A stretch of 63,116 nucleotides of DNA, the filler included, from Octopus bimaculoides (taxonomy: Eukaryota), in NCBI RefSeq assembly GCF_001194135.2. It is 5 parts of 5 records of this genome, joined end to end, with 100 filler letters (N's around TTAATTAATTAA, not from the genome) between each part and the next. Parts side by side here need not be neighbours in the genome. Positions count along the whole stretch, not along the records: positions 1 to 14,376 come from NC_068981.1; 4 more parts are not named here. One strand, 5' to 3'. Below are positions 1-13,619 of this stretch, piece after piece (the stretch's first letter is position 1; every line of letters begins with the position of its first letter). The position numbers and the translations under genes are program-made. The notes below the pieces were generated by a model. It searched no databases, was not told the origin of the DNA, and saw only the letters and a list, made by a program, of their open reading frames with translations.

Positions 1-52
<52 letters not shown>

Positions 53-239
53 TAAATGAATATATAATAGTGTATATATTGATGATATTTATTATTGTAG
101 CCCGAACAGTTCTTTGAGATAAGTTTCTGCCATATTTAATACGGATCATATTAACTTTGATTTGATATTTACCACTACGGTGACTGAGAATTTTGCATAA
201 TTCATAACGTATTTTCTTAATATTCTTCGGTAGAAGAAC

Positions 240-960
240 GACGGTTAAGTTTTAATGCGCAGACTCGGAAAACACAAGACAGCGTACAGGTGGAGCAACT
301 TATATGAGAGTATACAGAGCACGTATATGAGTGTTGCCCGAAAAGCCCAAAGATAAGAACAACAGGTACAAGCTTTGAGGCTGCGACACTTATAACAAAG
401 CCAAGATGGAGCTAGGAGATGAAGGTAACAAGAAAGACAGTGATACAGAATAAGAGCAAATAATGCTACTGATGAAGAACAAGAGTGAACTACAGAGAGA
501 ATATTAATTAGGTTAATTAATGCGTGTAAGGAGCAAAGATCAAGAAGACTATAACAAAAGTGAGTTAGACACACAGCTAAGTTACAAAATGAAACTGAGA
601 AAGAGAGAAGTCTGTTTGAAATGAAACACAACAGCTCAAAATATAAATAATGAAAGAAATGAAGAAAGGAATAGAATATTAGAAACATTAAGGCATAGAA
701 CAGAAGTAAGACATGCAAATGAAACAGAAGACGAACGAAGTCTTAGAAGAGAGAATGAAACTACATCCTCAACAAAGGTTTGAGAATGAAAAGGAAAATA
801 ATGATTTTAGAAGGCCTCCGCCGTCATTACTAACGATACAGTTACCATAGTAATGTTGCAAGTCTCACTGATATCCAAATTACTCCCAGATCTAATGTTC
901 GTTTACTGCATGTGCTTTACCAGGATTTGAAATTACTTCATCATGGATGGATTCGGTAAG
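240..960 (+). mobile_element. Degenerate Helitron-like Rep N-terminal region (charged repeats plus possible Cys cluster)
   Basis: Broken + frames give NETEKERSL and NERNEERNRILETLRHRTEVRHANETEDERSLR. These resemble the R-x-NET/SE-EER-x-x-RL repeats at the N-terminus of animal Helitron Rep-helicases. A decayed C-x-x-C...GK-like segment follows near 890-960. Many stops and frameshifts. Confidence 0.4.
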
Positions 961-3276
961 TTTAATATCTTTCATTATTTGCGATATTTCTCTATATACA
1001 AGTTTGAATGATGAAAAATATTTTAAGATTATTTTGCATCATCTGCACGGCATAGTGATAGAATATTTTCAGTGAATAATTAATGTTGTAGAATAGGTAA
1101 TTGATGCAGTGCAGTACATGAAATGTAGATTAGTCATTAACAAAAGCGCTATTTAAGTTAGAAAATAGTAAATTTTAAGTGAATACAGTTTCTCAATATA
1201 TTTCTGAAAATAGAACCACAAAGAAAAGCAGACATGATGGAAACTTCTTTCATTTTATTTTCATATGATTAACCTTTTACTGACCTTTATTGAAATATAA
1301 TGACACATACAAAGGAAGAAACAAAAAGCGATTTTGATATATATTTACTTCGTATGTAAATATAATTTTTCACATTATCTTAACTCGTTAAAAAGAAGAA
1401 TACATACACATATATTAAACACTGTGTAGTTTGTTTGCGAAATCAGTTGAAAGCACTACACAACGTTTAATATATAATTTAGTAGTTTTTGAAGAGGTTT
1501 AATGACCTAATTGATATAAGAGGGCGACAGAAGGATTTTAATCGAGGACATTTTGTCTTAAAATTGAATATAAATGCCTGTATTTTGTGGGAAGGAGATT
1601 TTGTTTCCTTTCTAAAATTTTAAAAAATAGCCTAAGTATACAAATTTTATGTGAAATGTATATCCTTTCAAATAAACCCAGGATGGAGTTACAATTTGAT
1701 AGTAATCATTGTCTTATTCCTTTGTGATACCATTAGGCCTTCATCATCATATTCGTTATTTCATATCGTAGAGAAACTTCAGGCATATTACCAACCTATA
1801 AGCGGTTTTTGTATCTCCAATCGCTTCTAAAATAGTTGACGTCTCTTGACAATTGTGCTTTGTATCGCAATCGTCCACTTTTACCTGATGCATCCACCAC
1901 ACTTTCTTTCGCAATACATTGAACACTGAACTCGATACTTGCGATCCAGCCTTGTACCAATATAGAACAAGAAGATATATCACTAAAATCAGTAGTCTTG
2001 AAGGCCATTCGATAGATGTAGTTGTGTCTCCTTTCTCCGGATGAATACATTTTAAGATATGTATTCGAAGATTTTTATCATATATTGAGTTTAAGTAGAT
2101 AGTTACTATATTTACATATTTTGCCTACGGAGAGAATTTGACATAATGCTTAAAGCATATTATATTTAGATCTGTTATACAAGTCTGGCATTTAAAAACG
2201 TTAACTTCTAGCGTTATTCCAACTTAACTTTCAGCTATGCATATGAATCTTTCGAGGGCAAGTAATTTAGGGATGGGTGGCTTCATTAAATATGTATTCA
2301 TGTAGTCATATTCACATACGAACACCTGGTCAGATTGCTTTTATACTACTTAATATCCAGAATAATTCGCAATATTTACGTGTAAATGCTTCTTGTTGAT
2401 AAACTCGTAAGAGATTGAAGTGATTTTATCAAAGTGATATGAACGTCTGCGACGGCAACAAGGCTGTGGCAGGACCAATGAGGTTTTCATTATGTCTTTC
2501 AGCACCGATATAATTTATAACATCTGCATTAACTACATAACACCAAATGAACACAAGCTAATGCGACACTCTTTATTGTTGCTAAACTATTACAATCACT
2601 TCTTGAAAATACAGTCAAAGATTTCAAAACAGTAACCACTATGACTAATATAGTCGTAAATGCACAATAACCGAAGAAAAAGACATGTTCACAAATCGAA
2701 TAGTTTTAAGCATAATTTTGCATAACCAGAGTTAATAAGCAGTTTAGGAACAAAACCGATTGCCTTAAGAATTAAATATCTTCAGTGTAGATACAATTAG
2801 TAATCGCTATATGACATAAATCATTGTCTCAAAATTATGTACATGATGACAAATCTCAGTGATATGGAACATGAAACATTTATAACGCACTCATTTAAAT
2901 TCCATAAAGTAAGATGGTTATTAAAGTATTAATATTAAAACATTTTAGTCATAATTCTCGTTGATACTTCTCAAGTTAATTTATATCAAAAATAAAGAAA
3001 TTAGTTCGAACACAATTACCCGAAAACATAAGTTTTAGAGTCGAGGAAAGAACACCTATTTAGGAATTCATAACCATGTTTCTCATAGGTGAAATATTTG
3101 AAAGCTTGTAACGAATATAAACCTATGTTTAATGTTTCACGCAGCATAGAAAAATATAGATTTAAAACTTTATAGTGATATGAATATAGGCTTATAACTT
3201 TACCATAAATATTATTGACTGTTTACAGAATATTATACAAGATTTAGAATTCTTATTTTATTTAAAAATGAAAATA

Positions 3277-4260
3277 TTGTGTTGGCAACTAAGTTGTCAC
3301 CGTTCTTTTTAAATTTAGACTTTTTAAAAGGTTTAATTACAACTAATTAATCAATAATGTATTCGACCTTGTTGTTTACAACTTCTACCCAACGTTCAAC
3401 AAGATTTTCACTACATCGTTGATAGAAATTACCCGATTTCGACTCAAAAAATTGATCCAACCGACCTCTCAATTCTGCGTCAGTATTGAACGAAGCACCG
3501 CGCATAGCATTTGAAAGAGATCGAAAGAGGTGGAAATCCGTTGGTGCCAAATCAGCAGAGTACGACGGGTGTAGCTTCCCAGCCATACGTTTGAATGGCT
3601 TCCATGTTCATATTAACGATATGAGGGCGGGCGTTGTTGTGCAGCTGAAGAACTCCATGCTTACAATTAGGTTATTTCTCTCGAATAGCTGTGTTGAGTC
3701 GTTCCATCTGTTGAACATAGATTTCCGCTTTGACCGTTTGGTTCCGTTCAAGCAATTCGTAATGGATACTCCCTACCCAATCCCACCATACGGACAAGTT
3801 CTTTTACGCGGATGAAGATCTTGCTTCACGCGCGGTGTCCCTTGTTTACCGGGGCTAAACAATTCCTTACGCTGCTTCCTATTGATGTACAGGCATCATT
3901 TTCCGTCGCCAGTAACGATTCGGTAAACAATTCGTTGCTTGTGTCCATGAGTTGAACGGTGACGAGCAAGCAAACCAGCGGAGAATGTGGCTCGTTGATT
4001 TTTGTTGTTGTCACTTAACGCACGCGGAACCCATGTTTCGTACTTCTGAACCTTTCCCATCGAGTGAAGATGCTTCTCTATAGCAGTGTAGGAGCATTCC
4101 ATTTTCTCTACCAGTTCCCTTGTCGTTTGACGAGAATTTTCGTACAAAAGTTTGTTTAATCGCTCTTCATCGAACTCAACTGGACGGCCAGAACGAGGTG
4201 CGAGTTTGAGGTCAAAATCTCCATTGTTAAACTTGGCATACATCTCACTATTACACGAGA
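3277..4260 (-). mobile_element. mariner (DD34D) transposase pseudogene, 5'-truncated, 3' TIR present
   Basis: Motifs FDLKLAPRSGRP, WVPRAL (WVPHEL), IVTGDGK*, LSVWWDW, HNNARPH (HDNARPH) and HPSYSADLAPTDFHLF (YSPDLAP.D) occur in order across frameshifts and stops. TA at 3275-3276 is followed by the TIR-like ttgtgttggcaactaagttgtcaccg. Confidence 0.93.
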
Positions 4261-4276
4261 AAAACTTTTGACTGCG

Positions 4277-4333
4277 AACCAGTATCGCAGTGATGATGAC
4301 GCCATATGTGCTGTTGATGAGTTTCTTACCAAC
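4277..4333 (+). mobile_element. Short C-terminal fragment of a second mariner transposase, opposite orientation
   Basis: Translates NQYRSDDDAICAVDEFLTN, like the post-YSPDL 'G..F/Y.SDDDV..AV..FL' segment of mariner transposases. Confidence 0.5.
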
Positions 4334-4344
4334 CGTTTTTACTT

Positions 4345-4478
4345 TTATCGTTCAAATACCTCCAATGTCAACATTCATCATTTCGGGTTCGTTAAATTAA
4401 ATACCAGTTGAGTACTGGAGTCGAGGTAATCTATTAGCACCGCCACTGACCTTGCTGGTCTTGTGCCAAAATTTGAAA
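4345..4478 (+). mobile_element. tRNA-derived SINE family B, 3' part, degenerate
   Basis: gttcaaat B-box remnant, then tttcgggttcgttaaattaaataccagttgagtactggagtcgagg...cttgtgccaaaatttgaaa. Homologous to the copies at 21811 and 60452. Confidence 0.7.
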
Positions 4479-4480
4479 TC

Positions 4481-4560
4481 AATATTACTATCCGGCTTGC
4501 TATAAGCGTAGAATAACCCAGAGTTAAGATCCAAGGTGACATCGAGGAAATAAGCAAAAT
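4481..4560 (-). mobile_element. Penelope-like element reverse transcriptase fragment
   Basis: Minus frame reads AYFLDVTLDLNSGLFYAYSKPDSNI, matching the FLDVT.DL..G.Y.PY.KP motif of PLE RTs. Confidence 0.7.
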
Positions 4561-4639
4561 TATGCAGTAATTCCTAGTACACATTTTTTCTTATAATTTT
4601 TTGTCATCTCTTCCTAATCCTTACAATATACACGTTAAT

Positions 4640-4975
4640 CGTGTTCAGTATTATATATATAATGAATCATCCCGTCATTCGGCAAGCAGTGCAATAAACA
4701 TATTCGATGGGATTCTCGAGTTGCACAGAGTTAATGGAACGCATCATACTAATAACATTCTTAGTTCTGTTTCTCCTGACCCATAATCTCCCACATGACT
4801 GAATGTCTAACTCTTGCAATGATACCACTGCTACATGACATCTTCTACTGGTACTTCTGTCATTACTACAGCTACTATTATCTGAGTCAGATCTACTTTG
4901 AAGGGGGATAAATGTAGTTTTTGTGATATTGCAAACACGATCAGTATATTGCTTTTTGCGGCCTTCAGACATCTT
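4640..4975 (-). mobile_element. Possible piggyBac-like transposase N-terminal remnant
   Basis: MSEGRKKQYTDRVCNI...PLQSRSDSDNSSCS (acidic, Ser-rich start), then ENPIEY and a frameshifted TN-like segment. Weak resemblance only. Confidence 0.25.
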
Positions 4976-5501
4976 ATTTCCGCCGTTCAGTGTGATGGAA
5001 ATGTGTGGAATAAATTAATAATTGTCGTCAGAGAAACGATTTGAAGCAAGAATGGTTTAAGGAAAATCAATGAAACAATTGTAATCTAAACAATAAAGAT
5101 AATTGTCTTACACCATCCTTCGATATTTTTCATTGTATATATTCTGCGGGCGTCTTGTGGAATTTCAAATTACTAGTGCTTTCTTAAGACACATTCCCAC
5201 CTTCATTTTAGATTGTTAGATTTCCAATATTTTGTCTTTATATAGTCTTTGTTGATAACCACTCTTATCGGCTTCTTTTAGGATACTTGGTTTGTAGAGG
5301 TTCATTGTTTTTAAAGCATTTCTTTTTCTTCAGGAAGAGGGTTTTGTTTGCACTTACCGGTCATGAGAGGGAATTTGGAAACTGCCTAATAATGGATATA
5401 TATANNNNNNNNNNNNNNNNNNNNNNNNNNNNNNNNNNNNNNNNNNNNNNNNNNNNNNNNNNNNNNNNNNNNNNNNNNNNNNNNNNNNNNNNNNNNNNNN
5501 N

Positions 5502-5569
<68 letters not shown>

Positions 5570-5609
5570 CATGCATGCATGTATGTATGTGTGTGTATGT
5601 GTGTGTGTA

Positions 5610-5825
5610 TCTTTGCGTCTGTGTTCGTCACTCCACCACCGCTTAACAACTGGTGTTGGTTTGTTTACGTCTCCGTAATTTAGCAGTTTAGCGAAAGAGA
5701 CCGATAGAATAAGTGCTAGGTTTTAAAATAAGTCCTAAGCTCGATCTGTTCGACTAAGATCCTTGAAGGCGGTGTCCCAGCATGGCCGCATTCGAATGAC
5801 TGAAACACGTAAAAGATAGTAAAAA
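5610..5825 (+). mobile_element. SINE family A, 3' half
   Basis: ccaccaccgcttaacaactggtgttggtttgtttacgtctccgtaatttagc...cagcatggccgcattcgaatgactgaaacacgtaaaagata. Homologous to 15850-16045 and 28333-28520. Confidence 0.85.
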
Positions 5826-6189
5826 AAGATAAAATGTATCCAGATGTTTGTCATCACCTTTCCTTTACGTTTCTTTTCTCTTCCTTTTTTTCTGTCTTTC
5901 TTCCTGTCCATTCTTTCTTTTTCTCTCTCTTTCTTGCTTTCATTTACTCTACACCACGGGCCACCAACTTATTTCCCAGCAGACCAGATAATAGAGAATG
6001 ATGAGCGCGAGCCGCATAACCATTTTGTTCAATACAATACAGTGAATACAGAAAGAAATAAAGACACACCAACATATTTATTTACCAAAAGGTTATCAAA
6101 GAAGACGACGTTAATAATAAGATATATATATATATATATATCACCCAATGCGCTCATATCCACATCTGACAAACTAAGCATCAGAAAAG

Positions 6190-6500
6190 TTTAGTGAGAT
6201 TTGTGAAACTGGTGTTTAGCTTTTAAGATATCAATATTTGCTTTGCAATTGCTGGATCCAACAACGGGAATTGCTTTCAAATATTCATCAGTCAACCTCT
6301 TTCGATATGCTCACTTGATATAGTGTATATCATTCTTGATAATGCTTGCCACAGACATAAGTTGTTCTAAACATTGATGCCATACCAGAGGTACATTTCT
6401 TCAATTTTTAAAACTCATCATCATGTAAGCAACGATAAAATTCAATGTTTCCCTTCTCTGTGCATCTCTCTCAACAAAACATATGCTTGCATAAAAATGA
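6190..6500 (-). mobile_element. hAT (SPIN/Buster/Charlie-type) transposase C-terminal dimerisation-domain remnant
   Basis: Minus frames give DDEF*KLKKCTSGMASMFRTTYVC, then SRMIYTISSEH and LTDEYLKAI. These match the F..L...A..M.SMFGSTY.CE..FS.MK..KS..R..LTD.L hAT motif, with stops and shifts. Confidence 0.65.
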
Positions 6501-7354
6501 GCTCCAACTGAGTTTTAGTTTAGAGTTTAACTCAAAATTTCCCTCACTTACACACACAACACATGCCTTAAAAATAATATCTTAGACAAAAAATATACAT
6601 ATTAATTGTTTTGCTAAAATTTTTGTTACTTCTTCAGTAGTTGTTATCATGAAATTATTATTCACTCTTAACAACTGTGAAACAACGGATCATAAAAATA
6701 TAATAAAATCCGCCATACCTGTCTTTCTTTCGTTCTTTCTTTTTTCTTACTTCTTTCTTTCTGTCTGTTCCTCTTCTAGTCACTGAAAATCGCTACACGC
6801 ACACATGCGCGCGCGCACACACACACGCGCGCACACACAGACAGACACACACATGCTTTCATATATATATACACGAGCAAACATAGATACGTGCACATGT
6901 GTATACACATATTTAGATAGGAAAATAATTTCTGTCAAAATTTATGTGAGGCACGAAATTGTCTATAAATCATTTCTCATGAGTCTCGCAAACAAACGGG
7001 ATGAAATCGCTAATAATTATCCAGAATTCTGTCTACTTCCGTGTTCTTAATAGTTAGATTATAAAAATCCTCAAAAATTAGTTCATACATACATGCATAC
7101 ACACATACATACATACATACATACATATATACATACATACATACATACATACAGACAGACAGACAGACAGACAGACATATATACAAATGTATTTGTGTAT
7201 ATATCTATATATATATATATATATACATACACACACAACAATTTATATACACGTTTGCATATGCACTTACATATATACCTGCATACAAATACAAAAACAT
7301 AAACACATAGAGAAACAGACGCAAACGAACACAAAGACACACAAACATATACAA

Positions 7355-7407
<53 letters not shown>

Positions 7408-10400
7408 GGTGTATATATTAACACAAGTTGATAAACGTATGTTTATGCCAAAAAAAAAAAAAGAACGAGAAAAACTGAAAGACAAGAGCATATTTTGCTT
7501 GTGCCTACTGGGCCACCTACTTGTCAAGTTACTGAATATTATGTTCTAAATATATAAATGTGATCATTATAAAATTATTTCATGTCGAAGAATATGTATG
7601 AATAAGTCATGAAAATGCCAATCAAATCGTATTTAGTATGTAGAAATTCTGCTTTGAAATCAATGTTCTTGGATGTGATTGAAATGTGTGGAAAGGACAT
7701 TTGAAAAGGTAAAGTGAATAAACTGATATGTGCATAGAAAATGAATTCTAGCAAAAAATGTGATATCAGTAATTTGGAATTGTTACTTCTCTATAAATCC
7801 AAATGGAATAACAATTGCATTTTACAGCTCATATTCGTGTAAAAATATATATTATGTAGAAATATTTTCTAAATTATATTTAATTACTCAGTCATTAGCA
7901 AATCATTTAACCCCTTGCATCACAAAATCGTTGCCGAGCAATCCGTTTAATCTTGTTTGTACTAGATAAAAACATTATATCAGCCGCAACCACAGGAAGA
8001 TTTAAATAAATCAGCAGGAAACTTAACGAAATCAATTTTAAATTGTATAGAGCTACTAATATATACAACTGTGAACTTCCTCCGCCGTTCTGGTATTCAT
8101 TGTCTATTAAAGTTTAGAACTTATAGAGTAAATACTTTATAGATACTCATCAAAGTGAACTCATCCCTAACAACTCAGCGAAATGATCGATACTCTATCT
8201 CAACAAAATCAACTACACGTTTTGAATTTTCGTAACTGTGCCACTATAACCTCTAATGGCACAAAATTTTCATCATTTGTAAACGTCATCGTTTGTAAAG
8301 CTGCTAAAAGATCATGTAGTGTATTCACTTCTGATCAGATATAATGAAGCCTGTTATGTACGTTGGTTTCCAATACTTTTAACATGGTTCAGATTGTGTT
8401 TTTAACACAGCCTGCAACATAGTTCAAAATTTTATGAAATTATATCGCCTTCACTTTAGGAATTACTAATAATTTCTACTTGTTTTACGTTTACGTCTTC
8501 CAACTAATAGGAGAATTCAGAGCATTCAGTACATTTCACTTCGGTAGATTGCTTGATATAAATGAAATATTCATTCCCATTCTTTCGCTTATAATTTTAA
8601 TTTAATTTTGCGTCCGAAAACAATAGGGTATAGATATAACTTCTCAAGAAATATTTTAAAATATATTTTCAGTAGAGACTGTTTGAAAGGGACCGCAACT
8701 TGAAGCTAAAATTAGGTATGAATAATGTACAAAAACTTAAGCCATGATGTGAAAACCGAAAACGTACACTTCAATGCAGCGACGCAAAGGCTGCATTTCA
8801 TAGAGTACGTTTCAAAATAATTGATAGGAATTGTAGTTAACTCCTAACGTTTCGTTTCATCATCTTCAATAATTTTGTGTTCTAAATTAATTTTAGTTAT
8901 GTGGGTTTGAGAGATGAAAAAATACATGCATACAACATATATATTATTTTCAAAGAATGCCTGGAAGCACACCAATGCATAATTTGTTATAAATAATGAA
9001 ATATTGTATATACCAATGCAAGTCGGGGCATAAACGCACACATAAACTCAAACACAGAAACATGCTCTCTTATACACATGTATACCTGAACCTATGCATA
9101 TGTGGGGTGTGTGGGGGTGGGGGCGTGTGCGAATGAGTATATTCATTTACACACATTGAATTATATATAACATTATGTCTAGCGGAAAGAAAATGTTTTG
9201 AATAGAATCTTCTTGTTAACCAAATAATGTGTGCATGAAATTATATTTTACTTCACAATGATATATGACATTGCCAGACGTCAGACGAATATTATAAATC
9301 ACCAAATGTATTAACAATTTTCCGTTGTGTAACGTTTCTAATGGCAGAGAGGTATATTAAACTTACATGAATTCTAGAGTAAATTGCAACACCTATTCAA
9401 TTCTACCAAGAATGTGTTAGTATAAATGATACTCGACTAGTATGAGATTTAATCCGATGAAAGATTTAATCCAATGACAAGAATTCTTTTTATGTTTTGA
9501 CGGTTTTACAATGATTAAGTTTTGTAAACTACACAAGTGATTATCAACATCGAATTTGTAACATGCAGTTGCGACTAATTCACTTACTATCTCGAGTCAT
9601 TTCTTTGTATGCGTTTGTTTTAGTTTATGATAATACTACTCTGCGTATATTTGCTTACCTGGTACAAATTTTTAGATTAAAATGCTCTTGTGTGCAGACT
9701 AATAGAAATTCAAACATATAACGTAAGAGGCGAAAAATTGAATTACTCCAAAACTCAGCCAATCTTTCTAAGCCCCTAAAATCATGTGTCATATTTAACA
9801 CTGAAGGACCACAATGATAAGTTTGAAAATTACTTTTCATGTAGATGTAAACGCACATGAGGATAGCAATTGATGTAACTTATAAGTACAGAGATTTGCG
9901 TTAGCTGAAGTATGAAATCAGCAACAAATGTGATGTAATGCAAGTCTAATATTTCTATCGTGGGAAGTTTGCGATGATAAAGATAGACGTTGGGTTATCC
10001 AGCTCCATATACTAAAGTATAATTCACCAATCTCTGGACGTTTCTCGGGCAAAGCCTACAATTCGGCATGTGTGCCACTATGATACCGATCAATATTATC
10101 ATATTTATGAAAACCGAGAAACATTTATTATATTGAAATGATTCCTACAAGATAATACTCACAATGTACATATAATGTACATTATAAGTACAATAAGGCT
10201 TATCGGTGAATATATAGGGAGCTTTGATGCCTCAGAAATATTTAGTTTTTTTGGCTCATTCACTATAAAAGTAAGATAGAAATAGAGACGAATAGCTACA
10301 TGTAGTATTTTAGACAGGTGTAAAACCACAATCAACCATAAAAAGGAAAAGATATGACATGATTTGATTTGTAAAGCAAAAAGTAGCGCAACGTCAATAT

Positions 10401-10662
10401 TACAGTAAGCAAAATTTTGAAAATTGAATCTAGCTATAACAATGAATTTATATACTTAGTAAACAGTCATAACTAATATGAGAAGCTGGATTAGGAAACA
10501 AATCATATAAATGCAGGTACCAATCAAATACTTAAAACCATAAAACATATCGTCTTCTACAAGCATTGCAACATAAATATAATGGGAAAAATATTGGTAA
10601 CTGTCCTGTCATTAGTAAATGCCATGAGGAATTGGCGTATGGAGCAGATGATTCACATACTA

Positions 10663-11320
10663 CAGTGTATCGGAGCTAAATTCGACAGTTTACATAAAGG
10701 AAAAGAAAATACAATATCCCAGTCGAAAATTATTTTTTTCAAGGTCTCAAAACTCATCAGCTGATTATGACTTGGATATGACAAATTTACTCAAATTAGC
10801 CGCCCTCAGCTTCCACCACTGCCTCAATACGATTTGGAACCTGGCGCATGCATTTGTCACTGAGTCCCTGGGAACATATTCAAACACCTCCTTGATCTTG
10901 GGTACTAGCTCGGCTTTTATGTTAACGGTACAAAAGTTGGTGTCTTTCTCAACCACATCTTACACATAGTAATCAATAGGATTACAAATAGGGCAGCTTG
11001 AGGAGGTCGGAAATTATAACTGGTGGAGTCCTAGAAATTCTTCGATAACCACTTCCGCTTCTTTTCAGAGGTACGGTAAGGAGCTGAGTCATACTACCAC
11101 AAATATAAGTTTCAACCAGCAACCCTCTCCAGCCAGGGATTGACTACAATCTACAACCGCTTCACATACCTTCTAAATTAAACCTAAGACTTTGTTCAAA
11201 GATGTAGGGTAGCATAACTTTACACTTACTGGGGACATACACAAACACCATCGCATTTTGGTTCAAACTTTGCTTCTATGATATCCATGTCACGTCTTAG
11301 AGCCTCATCATTGAGTAACA
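10663..11320 (-). mobile_element. maT/DD37D-type Tc1/mariner transposase 3' half with TIR
   Basis: VMVFVYVPSKCKVMLPYIFEQSLRFNL, VVNPWLERVAG, YDSAPYRTS, CNPIDYYV*DVVEKDTN and ACARF. TA at 10661-10662 is followed by the TIR-like cagtgtatcggagctaaattcgacag. Confidence 0.8.
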
Positions 11321-11699
11321 ATGATGATGTCTGCATGCTAATAACCAGTATGAACCCGCGTGATATACGGAACATCAATTTTCCAATTTTTAGATGGCAT
11401 CTAGTCTTACACGTCAGTTAATATTTTCTCAACTACAACTTTTATCTTCATGCTCTCGAACGTTGGTGACTGTTCACCAATATATCAACTCGTTCTTGAA
11501 AAAAAAGGAAGATATACAAAAATCGTCAAATATAGCTCGAACAGCCTATAGAAGAAGGAAAAATATATTGTCTTGCCGAAAACTTATATAGGATCCGAAA
11601 AATAAAGCACATGCAGAGCAGCAAGAAAGTTGTTGAATATCTGGTATTCAATAACTGTTAAGGAAAATAATTGGAACAAATCAGGAAGTGATTAATATT

Positions 11700-12150
11700 T
11701 GGGAGCTCAAATTCTTGGGATTGAAAGCCAACATCCCGCCAAAAGAAAGCAGATATTCCCTTGTTGTCAGTTGACAAAATGGCTAAGCTCTGAGTTGGCA
11801 CATTTCAGTAACGGAATGGTTAATTATCTCTCCATCAGAAATTTCGACAGTAGACAGTCTACAACATATCACCATCATCTCTTGTGTACGGCCGCTCTTA
11901 TTCACTTATGCTTCCTTATTTTAAATCATTTTTAGCATCTTGCCAACCTTTCGCCTTCCATCTTTCCCTTCCTTATCTTCACATTCTTCTTTTCCTACAC
12001 AACTCGGTGGTATCTCCGGCTATACAAAAGTGGATTAGAAGCTTTCATTCCAGCAAGAGGCTATAATGCAAGATTACATGTTGAGGATTCTTGAGTCAGA
12101 TATTGTGACGTTTCAGTGATAGACCAAGTGTATATACGTATACAAGACCA
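11700..12150 (+). mobile_element. Highly decayed LINE (CR1/jockey-like) RT C-terminal region
   Basis: Fragments KFLG, SWHI, IRNFDSR, VRPLLFTYAS and IQKWIR appear across shifting frames in the order expected for CR1-type RT C-termini. Confidence 0.3.
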
Positions 12151-13496
12151 ACATAACTGTGATGACACACAGACAATAGTTTTCTGGCAGCTGAATCATA
12201 AATATAGTGTTTACTGTGCCAGTAATACAAATTGCCAAGAAACTGTTCCAAGTAAGCGTATCTAAATTACAACTTTTGCTACGTCATATTTTAATTTCAT
12301 GTGAATGATATCCCTTGTTCCATACAAACATCACACCAATGCTGATCATTGGGGAGAAATCCATCTGCCATTTCCTCATAGTATTTGATCTTTTCTTTTA
12401 CTCGGGTTGAGATAACGCTGTGGATTTCCACAGGATGTCTAAAGCATGTGTTCTCTTAGAATATATGCATTTCTGTCTATCCAATATGTGACTACACAGT
12501 TCATTACACTATCATCAAATTCACCTTTTTCGCAAATTAGACAAACACAATTTGGACTTGTACGAGATTGTATACAATATAATAGTTTTCACTACGTAAT
12601 TTTACACCGGGTATTCTGTCTCGACTGAAGGTCTGAAAGAAAGAAACGAAACATAACAGTTTACTTTTTGTGCTGAATAGGAGAAAACTTACCTGTTGTG
12701 TGGAACTAAAGAAAACAAATATACATTGCATTTCAAATACAATTATGTGTAGTGCAATATTAATCTATATTTCATACTGTTTCGCACAAAATGTTTGGTT
12801 GCAACACGTTTGACAGCCATAAGTATGGAAAGAAATGGAAAGTATAATTTAAAATTTAACACAATAAGTCAGTTTCGACGTTTAGATATTGAACATCACT
12901 AACTGTTGAGTGAAATCGATGACATAAGGGAAGTAGTTACCATAATGAAACAAATTCCCGTGTTATTATTTAAACATTTTTTTTTTACTACAGAAAGACA
13001 GTGGAAGTATTAATGAAATTTGTATCATAATTAAAGAATGTCAAACAAATTCAACAAATTTATTTGATACGTTATAGAAAACATCGACAGTCAAGCTAAT
13101 GGGTTATATATAAATACGTGCTGCAACCTAATAAAGTATCTTTAGATAGAAGATGAGTATTCTTTCTGTGACAAAGAATACACACACACACGCGCACACA
13201 CACAAATATACAAACGTTAGTGTGTACATATTTTTTGACATATATACATACCTACATAGAAAATATAAAGTACATACATATATACATTTTATATGTGAGT
13301 GCGGGTGTATGTTAAATGTGTTGTTTGTCAGCATATATGCATGGATGGATGTATATTCCTATCCAAGTATGAATATGCGTCAGTAGCCCTGATTGTCAGA
13401 GTCCTCGGGATAGTGAACTAGAGACTCCGAGTAAGGAATATCTCACATCAGGACGTTAACTGCAACACGTACATATGTATGAGTGTATTATATATT

Positions 13497-13556
<60 letters not shown>

Positions 13557-13619
13557 CACCCCCNNNNNNNNNNNNNNNNNNNNNNNNNNNNNNNNNNNNN
13601 NNNNNNNNCCCCACACACA

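Noticed and set aside
245-718. 157-aa minus-strand ORF
   Set aside because: Antisense shadow of the purine-rich Helitron-like + strand; Leu/Phe/Ser-rich with no motif.
1868-1933. Minus-strand exon candidate with Cys-rich frame (LDRKYRVQCSMYCERKCGGCI)
   Set aside because: Acceptor ends in AAG, all three frames are open so none is favoured, and the region may be part of the old Helitron-like remnant.
6319-6370. Minus-strand exon candidate and a CUGAUGA...GAAA hammerhead-like string near 6280
   Set aside because: Both lie within the hAT transposase remnant. The core-like string encodes LTDEYLK and lacks stem III and a cleavage triplet.
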